Shown piece after piece: positions 25,124-31,105 of a stretch of 31,105 nt of DNA. The first letter of the stretch is position 1. Each line of letters begins with the position of its first letter. The DNA lies in NCBI GenBank assembly GCA_036280695.1, contig DASUQG010000354.1, forward strand, positions 1 to 31,105. The letters are read 5' to 3'. Position numbers and translations under genes: made by a program. The DNA comes from Thermoleophilaceae bacterium. GTDB taxonomy: Bacteria; Actinomycetota; Thermoleophilia; Solirubrobacterales; Thermoleophilaceae. The notes under the pieces were generated by a model. It was not told the origin of the DNA, made no database searches, and saw nothing but the letters and a program-made list of their open reading frames with translations.

Positions 25124-26357
25124 CCAGACGCACGTGATCGTCGGCGCAAGCCTCGCCGGCGCCAAGGCTGCCGAGACGCTCCGCGAGGAGGGCTTCGAGG
25201 GGCGCGTCGTCTTGGTGGGCTCGGAGGAGGAGCGCCCGTACGAGCGCCCGCCGCTGTCCAAGGACTACCTGCGCGGCGAGGTGGGCCGCGAGAAGGTCTA
25301 CGTCCACGAGGAGAATTTCTACGTCGAGCACGAAATCGAGCTACAGCTTGGCCGCACCGCGGTGGGCCTCGACACCCAGAGTTGTGAGTTGGAGCTCGAC
25401 GGTGGCGAGCGGCTGAGCTACGACCGCCTCCTGTTGACGACGGGCGCCGAGCCGCGCCGGCTCTCCGTCCCGGGCGCCGAGCTCGACGGGGTCCTCTACC
25501 TTCGTAGCGTCAGCGACTCCGACGCGCTGCGCGAGCGATTCGACCGCGGCGGCGCGGTGGTCGTCGTCGGCGCCGGCTGGATCGGCGCCGAGGTCGCCGC
25601 GTCCGCCCGCCAGCGCGGCCTCGACGTGACCGTCATCGAGCCTGCTTCCGTACCGCTTGAGCGCGTGCTCGGCAAGGAAATCGGCGCCGTCTACGGCGAG
25701 ATCCACGTGGATCACGGCGTCCGGATGCTGATGGGCACCGGCGTCGAGGCGCTCGAGGGGGACGGCGCGGTCGAGCGTGTGCGAACCAGCGACGGCCGTG
25801 TCATCGACACCGACTTCGTCGTCGTGGGGGTGGGTGTGCAGCCGCGCACCGCCCTGGCGGCCGACGCCGGTCTGGCCATCTGGAATGGCGTTCTCGTTGA
25901 CGAGCGACTTCGGACAAACGCGCCGGGTGTGTTCGCCGCCGGCGACGTGGCCAATGCGCAGCATCCCTTCTACGACGAGCCGATCCGCGTCGAGCACTGG
26001 GCCAATGCGCTCAACCAGGCGCCGGCCGCCGCCCGGAACATGCTCGGCCAGTCGATCCCCTACGATCGCCTGCCGTACTTCTTCTCCGACCAGTACGACG
26101 TCGGCATGGAGTACTCCGGCTTGGCCCGCGGCTGCGACCGAGTCGTCGTCCGGGGGGATCCCGCAGAGCGAGAGTTCGTCGCCTTCTGGATGTTCCAGGA
26201 TCGCGTGATGGCGGGCATGAACGTCAACGTCTGGGACGTGACCGACCCCATCAGGCGTCTCATCGGAGAGCGGATTCCCGTCGACGACCGGCAGCTCGCC
26301 GACATCGACCTACCGCTCGACCAGCTCGCCGCCGCGACGCGACGGCGCGTGGCATGA
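25113..26357 (+). CDS. Ferredoxin reductase-like FAD-dependent pyridine nucleotide oxidoreductase
   Basis: Start MSTDQTHVIVGASLAG after GAGGAG. YERPPLSKDYL, VVVGAGWIGAE, FAAGDVA, RVEHW, PYFFSDQYD. Confidence 0.93.
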   Translation: MSTDQTHVIVGASLAGAKAAETLREEGFEGRVVLVGSEEERPYERPPLSKDYLRGEVGREKVYVHEENFYVEHEIELQLGRTAVGLDTQSCELELDGGERLSYDRLLLTTGAEPRRLSVPGAELDGVLYLRSVSDSDALRERFDRGGAVVVVGAGWIGAEVAASARQRGLDVTVIEPASVPLERVLGKEIGAVYGEIHVDHGVRMLMGTGVEALEGDGAVERVRTSDGRVIDTDFVVVGVGVQPRTALAADAGLAIWNGVLVDERLRTNAPGVFAAGDVANAQHPFYDEPIRVEHWANALNQAPAAARNMLGQSIPYDRLPYFFSDQYDVGMEYSGLARGCDRVVVRGDPAEREFVAFWMFQDRVMAGMNVNVWDVTDPIRRLIGERIPVDDRQLADIDLPLDQLAAATRRRVA

Positions 26358-27478
26358 ACCGCCTGCGGGCCCTGCACGACGCCGGCGTCTCGATCTGGCT
26401 TGACACGCTCTCGCGAGAGTTGCTGGACAGCGGCGACTTCGCCCGACTGGTAGCGGACTGTGCGGTGACGGGGGCGACCTCGAATCCGACGATCTTCGCG
26501 AAGGCGATCACCGGTTCCGAGCGCTACGACGCCCAGTTGCGGGATGCCGTCGCCCAGGGAACGGAGAACGCCCAGGAGCTGTTCTTCGCACTCGCGCTCG
26601 AGGACATCCGCCGCGCAGCCGACCTGCTTCGCCCCGCCTACGACGAGAGCGACGGCCGCGACGGGTTCGTCTCCTTCGAATGCACCCCCGACCTCGCCTA
26701 CGACACAGATGCGACGATTGCGCAGGCGATCGAGCTGTGGGAGCGCATCGACCGGCCGAACGTGATGATCAAGGTCCCCGCCACCGAGGCGGGGATCCCC
26801 GCCATCGAGGAGCTGATCGCGCGGGGGATCAACGTCAACATCACTCTGCTGTTCTCACTCGCCCGCTACGAGCAGGTGATCGACGCCTACGTCGCGGGCC
26901 TCGCGCAACGGCTCGAGGCCGGCGAGCGCGTTGACGTGATCTCGTCCGTCGCGTCGTTCTTCGTCTCACGCGTCGACGCCAAGGCCGACCCGCTGCTACC
27001 CGTCGGGTCCGACCTGCGCGGCCGCGTCGCGATCGCCAACGCCCACCGCGCCTACGCGCGCTACCGCGAGCGCTTCGCAGATGACCGCTGGCTTACGCTG
27101 CACGAGGCGGGCGCCCGACCGCAGCGGCCGCTGTGGGCGAGTACCGGCACCAAGGACCCCAGCTACTCCGACGTGCTCTACGTGGAGGAGCTGATCGCCC
27201 CGGAGGTCATCAACACGATGCCGGAGGCCACCCTGCGCGCCTTTGCCGAGCACGGCAACGTGGGCCGCGCGCTCAGCGTCGATGCTGAGGCGGCCGCCGA
27301 GACCCTCCTCCGGGCCGATCGCGCCGGGGTCGACGTCGCTGCCATCACGGCCGCCCTGGAACGCGAGGGAGTGCGCTCCTTCTGCGACTCCTACCACCAG
27401 CTGCTCCAATGCATCGAGGCAAAGAAGGCGCAGATCGCTTCCGCCAGCGGAGGCCCGGGCGCACGTTCCGACCGGTGA
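26354..27478 (+). CDS. tal: Transaldolase
   Basis: SIWLDTLSR, GATSNPTIF, Schiff-base Lys in NVMIKVPAT, NVNITLLFS, RPQRPLWASTGTK, NTMPEAT. Confidence 0.95.
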   Translation: MNRLRALHDAGVSIWLDTLSRELLDSGDFARLVADCAVTGATSNPTIFAKAITGSERYDAQLRDAVAQGTENAQELFFALALEDIRRAADLLRPAYDESDGRDGFVSFECTPDLAYDTDATIAQAIELWERIDRPNVMIKVPATEAGIPAIEELIARGINVNITLLFSLARYEQVIDAYVAGLAQRLEAGERVDVISSVASFFVSRVDAKADPLLPVGSDLRGRVAIANAHRAYARYRERFADDRWLTLHEAGARPQRPLWASTGTKDPSYSDVLYVEELIAPEVINTMPEATLRAFAEHGNVGRALSVDAEAAAETLLRADRAGVDVAAITAALEREGVRSFCDSYHQLLQCIEAKKAQIASASGGPGARSDR

Positions 27479-27491
27479 GCCCACGTCCGAG

Positions 27492-27537
27492 ATGCAGGCT
27501 GGTACCCATTCACATCGCGCCCGCGGGCGGCGACCAT
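27492..27537 (+). promoter_or_regulatory. Motif-1 promoter: ATGCAG-GCTGGT-ACCCAT, N22, GACCAT
   Basis: ATG at 27545 after a 7-nt gap. Near-identical to the 2138 site over about 25 bp. Confidence 0.75.
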
Positions 27538-27544
27538 TGGGTAC

Positions 27545-27949
27545 ATGGTCCACCACGACATCAGCCGGCCCAGATCCGGGACTTCCGGACCGAATTCTGC
27601 CGTTGCGCAGGCCACGCTTGATCGCATACTCGAGCTGTTCGAACGGCGCAAGCTTTCCGCCACGGAACTGCGCGTACTGCTTGCCCTGATCGATCGCGGA
27701 GCGGGGGTGTCGGATCTGGCCGAGGCGCTCGATCAGAGCCCCGATGAGATCACCCGCGTGGGCCGAAGCCTCTCCATGCGCGGGCTGATCCGCTGGCATC
27801 ACGTGGGCCCGCGCAAAGAGACGCGTTTCGACATCACCAGCGCCGGGTTGACGACGGCGCGCGCGCTGCTCACAGCGGTCGGTGCGACCGACGCTGACGC
27901 TGACAGACCCGAGGCGGCCACGACGACATCTCCACTACGTGCTACGTGA
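27545..27949 (+). CDS. MarR-family winged-helix regulator
   Basis: LSATELRVLLAL, VSDLAEAL, ITRVGRSLSMRGLIR, FDITSAG. Confidence 0.8.
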   Translation: MVHHDISRPRSGTSGPNSAVAQATLDRILELFERRKLSATELRVLLALIDRGAGVSDLAEALDQSPDEITRVGRSLSMRGLIRWHHVGPRKETRFDITSAGLTTARALLTAVGATDADADRPEAATTTSPLRAT

Positions 27950-27957
27950 GCTCCGCC

Positions 27958-28485
27958 TTAGCGCCGCGGCGGGATGATCAGCACCGGACGCTCCGAGTTG
28001 TTGACGACGCCGTACGAGACGCTGCCGAGCACCATGGAGGTGACCGGAGAGCGTCCGCGGCTCCCGAGCACTATGAGTTCGGCGGCTTCCTCCTCTGCCG
28101 CGTCGAGGATCGCACGCCAGACGGTCACCGCCTTGCGCTCGGCCGCTCGCGCGAGTGCCCGGCACGCCACTGGTCGGGCTGCGAAACCGGCGGTGGTCGC
28201 CAGCGCGGCGCCTTCGGCTGCCACCGTCTTCGCTCCCTCGGCGGTGGCCGCGTCAAGCTCGTCCATTACATCCTCGGCGATCCCGCGGGCGTCGCGACCC
28301 AGTTCTGTCGTGCCCGACGGCAGGTTGCGCAGAATCGCGGAACCAAGCGATTCCCACACGGTGACTACGACGGCCTCGCGGCCACCGAGCACGCGGCCGG
28401 CGCCGGCGATAGCTCCTCGCGCGCCGTCCGAGCCGTCGTAGCCGAGCAGCACGGGCCCCAGGACTTCGTCGGTGACTGCGTTCAT
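27958..28485 (-). CDS. Universal stress protein (USP)
   Basis: GPVLLGYDGSDGARGA and LIVLGSRGRSPVTSMVLGSVSYGVV...RPVLII. Close paralog of 2755..3267. Confidence 0.92.
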   Translation of the reverse strand: MNAVTDEVLGPVLLGYDGSDGARGAIAGAGRVLGGREAVVVTVWESLGSAILRNLPSGTTELGRDARGIAEDVMDELDAATAEGAKTVAAEGAALATTAGFAARPVACRALARAAERKAVTVWRAILDAAEEEAAELIVLGSRGRSPVTSMVLGSVSYGVVNNSERPVLIIPPRR

Positions 28486-28539
28486 CGCCTCATTCTCCTC
28501 GTCTTAGTCAGTCCGTGATGGGGAGGCCTTGGCCTTCGT

Positions 28540-28585
28540 CTACATCCCTACACCCATAGAAGCCGAGGCGCCTCCGCTTCAGCAT
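28540..28585 (+). promoter_or_regulatory. Motif-1 promoter (weak distal half): CTACAT-CCCTAC-ACCCAT, N22, CAGCAT
   Basis: Proximal half-site and spacing are conserved. Lies between divergent USP genes. Confidence 0.55.
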
Positions 28586-28611
28586 CGGGGGCACACCGGA
28601 AGGGAGACGAC

Positions 28612-28707
28612 GTGGCAGCGATCAGTTGGAACGTGCTCTGGGTCGGCGTCGGCTGGGCGCCGGCCCGCGCAGGCGCCCCCGACAAGTGTCAGGGCAGCCG
28701 GCGATGA
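28612..28707 (+). CDS. Possible 31-aa leader ORF coupled to the tandem USP
   Basis: GGGAG then GTG at 28612; MAAISWNVLWVGVGWAPARAGAPDKCQGSRR. Its TGA overlaps the USP ATG (ATGA, 28704-28707). Confidence 0.35.
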   Translation: MAAISWNVLWVGVGWAPARAGAPDKCQGSRR

Positions 28708-29699
28708 GCGGCCCCGTGATCGCGTGCTTGGACGAGGGTCGCGCCGGGCCCGCAGCGGCACGCGTCGCTGCGGCATTCTCGAGAAGGTTGTGCTCGCCCT
28801 TGGTGCTCGCCACCGTGACCACCGCCAGAGCGCCGGGGGTGGGCCGGCAGCGCGATCCGTCTCCCGTCGCACGCGCCCGATCGGTCCTGCTGAGTCAGGG
28901 GGCGTCCATCCTTGCGGACGCCGCTGACGGAGTGGGTCCAGACCCGGAGCTTCGCGTCGAGCTGGGCGAACCGGCAGAGCGGCTTGCGTCGCTCGCCCAC
29001 CAGACTGGCGCGCGCCTTCTGGTCCTCGGCGTCCCGGACGATTGCGCCGCTCCTGGGCGCGCGCTCGGGAACGCGTACATCGGGCTCGCGGGCACGTCGC
29101 CCTGCCCGGTGGTAGTCGTGCCGCCGCCGATGGAAGCGATTCAGCCATCCGGCGCGCCGATCCTCTGTGGTGTCGACGGCTCGGACGAGTCGTTGGCCGC
29201 CGCGCGCGTCGCGGTCGACCTCGGACGGCGCCTCGACGCGCCCGTCCAGCTCATCCACGTCACTGAGCGACCGGGCCTGTCCGGGAGCCGGCTGACCGAC
29301 GGCGACTACGGGGCGCGTCTCGTCGCAAGCCACGCCGCGGCGATGCGGGTGCTGCTGCGTGCGGCGGACATCCCGCAGACGGCGCTCGACCTGCGTGTGG
29401 AGCTCGGCGGCGTGGCCGAGCGCCTGGCGGACATTGCGGCGCGCGAGGGCGCCCAGCTGATCGTCAGCGGCTCCAGCGGGCGCAGCGCTCATAACGGCAC
29501 GCTGCTCGGCTCGGTCGCGTCCTGCCTCGCGCTCACGGCGTCGCAGCCAGTCGTGCTCGTGCGCGCGCATGGGAGGGCCGCCGTCGTCGCCGCTGGCAGC
29601 AACGAGACGCGCTCTGCGGACGCGACGCGCCGGGGGGTGCGGCCTCGATCGACCGGCGTGCGCGGCGTCGCGCGGGTCCCTAGTCGACTCGATCGCTAG
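28704..29699 (+). CDS. Tandem (two-domain) universal stress protein
   Basis: Domain 1 runs MSGPVIACLDE...ARLLVLG...SPCPVVVVP. Domain 2 runs PILCGVDGSDES...QLIVSGSSG...LLGSVASCLAL...QPVVLV. Confidence 0.9.
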   Translation: MSGPVIACLDEGRAGPAAARVAAAFSRRLCSPLVLATVTTARAPGVGRQRDPSPVARARSVLLSQGASILADAADGVGPDPELRVELGEPAERLASLAHQTGARLLVLGVPDDCAAPGRALGNAYIGLAGTSPCPVVVVPPPMEAIQPSGAPILCGVDGSDESLAAARVAVDLGRRLDAPVQLIHVTERPGLSGSRLTDGDYGARLVASHAAAMRVLLRAADIPQTALDLRVELGGVAERLADIAAREGAQLIVSGSSGRSAHNGTLLGSVASCLALTASQPVVLVRAHGRAAVVAAGSNETRSADATRRGVRPRSTGVRGVARVPSRLDR

Positions 29700-30199
29700 G
29701 CCGCGCGTTGAAGCTGCCAGCCGCCCGCGCCTGGCTCATCGAGCGCCATGCGGGCGGAGCGGAGAGCGTGACGGAGGTCGCCCTCCCGATAGAGCGGGCC
29801 TTGCGTGTCGCTGACCAAACGGGCCGTCATGGCGGCACCGCGCACGTCGATCGGACGCCCGTCGCACAGACGCTCTATGAGCGGGACGAGCTCGTCGAGG
29901 TTTCGCTTGAGAGCTGTGCGCCTCGGTCGTGCTCCGACTGTCAGGAGCTCACGAGTACGGCCGGCAACCAAGGGGTCAACGAGCGTGTTGGCGAGCCCAG
30001 CCCGTACGGGTTCGGAACGAAGCTGCGACGCACGCACGCTGAGGTCCGCGCTGGCGCGTGGGTCGGCACCCGCTGAGAGCTCCTCGTCAAGCTGCTTGCG
30101 TCTCCATCGGGTCCGCATCCGCGCCGAGGGGCGAGAAGGCTCGCGGGCGGGGCGCGGCGGCGTGTCGAATTCGGGGAGTGGGAACGGCCCGAGCGGCAT
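29696..30199 (-). CDS. Hypothetical protein, paralog of 2190..2750
   Basis: QLDEELSAGADPRASADLSVRASQL and LIERLCDGRPIDVRGAAMTARLVSDTQGPLY. AGGAG RBS and a motif-1 promoter. Confidence 0.78.
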   Translation of the reverse strand: MPLGPFPLPEFDTPPRPAREPSRPSARMRTRWRRKQLDEELSAGADPRASADLSVRASQLRSEPVRAGLANTLVDPLVAGRTRELLTVGARPRRTALKRNLDELVPLIERLCDGRPIDVRGAAMTARLVSDTQGPLYREGDLRHALRSARMALDEPGAGGWQLQRAA

Positions 30200-30228
30200 G
30201 ATGGTCTCCTTTGGTCGCGGTAGCCACC

Positions 30229-30274
30229 ATCGTGCGCTGCGGGCCGTGCGTTCCCTATGGGTACGAGTGTGGAT
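30229..30274 (-). promoter_or_regulatory. Motif-1 promoter: ATCCAC-ACTCGT-ACCCAT, N22, CACGAT
   Basis: Half-site at 30262-30257 and -10 at 30234-30229, followed by a short leader with an RBS. Confidence 0.72.
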
Positions 30275-30319
30275 TTCTGGTCCTGCGCGGACCCCACCGG
30301 CCCGCCTGGCCCGCGCGAG

Positions 30320-30895
30320 TCACGCCCCGCCCGTCGCCTTGGGCGGCATCCTGACGGCGACGAGCCGCACCCTGCGGGATCGACCATCCGGCAGGTCGAT
30401 CGTCGCGACCGCTCCCGCCCTCGCGCCCATCAGCGCCTTACCCATGGGCGAGGCCGCCGAGATGGCGTCCGGGGTCAGTGTCTGATGGGCGCCGGACAGC
30501 CGGTGGCGACTTCTCAGCCCGGACTCGAGGTCCTCGATCGTCACCGTCGCCCCAATCACGGCCGTGCCGCGCCTCGCGTTCTCGGCGTCGACGACCACGG
30601 CGCGGTCGATCGTGTCCTCGAGCGCAGCCAGGCGCGCTTCGAGCACCATCTGCTCCTCGCGTACGTCGTGGTACTCGTCGTTGTTCGAGCCCTCACCGTA
30701 CGGCCGCGCCTCGCGCAGCCGCTGCTCGACGTAGTTGCGCGTCTGCCGGCGGAGTCGCTCGAGCTCGCTTTGCAGCTCGTCCAGGCCGGCGGCGGTCATG
30801 AGCGCCGCGCCGGGCGGGTACGGCGGGCGGCCGTTGGCATCCCGGCCGTCGCGGCGGGTGTTCACGGTTTCAGCTGTCGGGGTGTGCGTTGTCAT
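30320..30895 (-). CDS. GreA/GreB-family protein with an atypical acidic tip
   Basis: LMTAAGLDELQSELERL...EARPYGEGSNNDEY..REEQMVLEARL..LE; C-terminal AVIGATVTIED, ISAASPMGKALMG. Confidence 0.88.
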   Translation of the reverse strand: MTTHTPTAETVNTRRDGRDANGRPPYPPGAALMTAAGLDELQSELERLRRQTRNYVEQRLREARPYGEGSNNDEYHDVREEQMVLEARLAALEDTIDRAVVVDAENARRGTAVIGATVTIEDLESGLRSRHRLSGAHQTLTPDAISAASPMGKALMGARAGAVATIDLPDGRSRRVRLVAVRMPPKATGGA

Positions 30896-30901
30896 GGAAC
30901 T

Positions 30902-30947
30902 ATCGTGGACGTCGCAAGGGCCCCCGCCCATGGGTACAGACGACCAT
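30902..30947 (-). promoter_or_regulatory. Motif-1 promoter: ATGGTC-GTCTGT-ACCCAT, N22, CACGAT
   Basis: ATG at 30895 after a 6-nt gap. Confidence 0.75.
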
Positions 30948-30987
30948 TCGCCCAGCTACGCGCTGGCCGTGCGGGCGGCGCTCCTAC

Positions 30988-31104
30988 CTAATCCCTGACG
31001 ATGCCCTGCGATCGGTCCCGGCGGGCGCCGTAGACGTAGCTCACGAACACGAAGATGCTCAACGCCACGATCTCACCGGTCCGCGCTGTAGCCACGCGAC
31101 GCGC
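30988..31104 (-). CDS. Possible C-terminal fragment of a membrane protein cut by the window edge
   Basis: Open frame ...EIVALSIFVFVSYVYGARRDRSQGIVRD* containing one hydrophobic segment. Too short to assign. Confidence 0.35.
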   Translation of the reverse strand, partial: ARRVATARTGEIVALSIFVFVSYVYGARRDRSQGIVRD

Positions 31105-31105
31105 C

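Noticed and set aside
1-31105. CRISPR arrays, tRNA/rRNA, transposases, integrases or attachment sites
   Set aside because: None recognised by eye. The 'island' label rests on gene content only, not on mobility signatures.

Overview
High-GC actinobacterial DNA (Thermoleophilia/Solirubrobacterales-like by gene style; this is inference). It reads as a stress/energy accessory island. Left to right: the 3' part of an acyl-CoA dehydrogenase; a PAS protein plus MBL hydrolase; an unknown protein, a USP and a CMD/AhpD protein; an HxlR-VOC / SnoaL-DoxX-nitronate monooxygenase detox cluster; a complete 9-gene A/V-type ATPase operon in the order D-G-I-K-E-C-F-A-B; an OsmC fusion and a second CMD; a cytochrome c oxidase subunit I with no partner subunits; patatin; a GH15 operon; a DUF488 / folE-reductase-transaldolase divergon; MarR, USPs, a paralog of the unknown protein, and an atypical Gre factor. 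The strongest unexplained signal is regulatory. (1) A recurrent 46-bp promoter architecture, the imperfect palindrome ATGGGT-N6-ACCCAT, then exactly 22 nt, then a weak -10 (SACNAT-like), occurs at 8 sites, with a 9th palindrome further upstream of another promoter. It links the ATPase operon to USPs, CMD/OsmC, MarR, the Gre paralog and both copies of the unknown family. (2) A second promoter type, GGTAAG-N18-GC(A/T)(A/T)A, occurs at 4 sites. Most of these promoters sit 5-8 nt from a start codon, which suggests leaderless mRNAs. Motifs were found and counted by eye, with no database searches. No rRNA, tRNA, CRISPR array or transposase was recognised.
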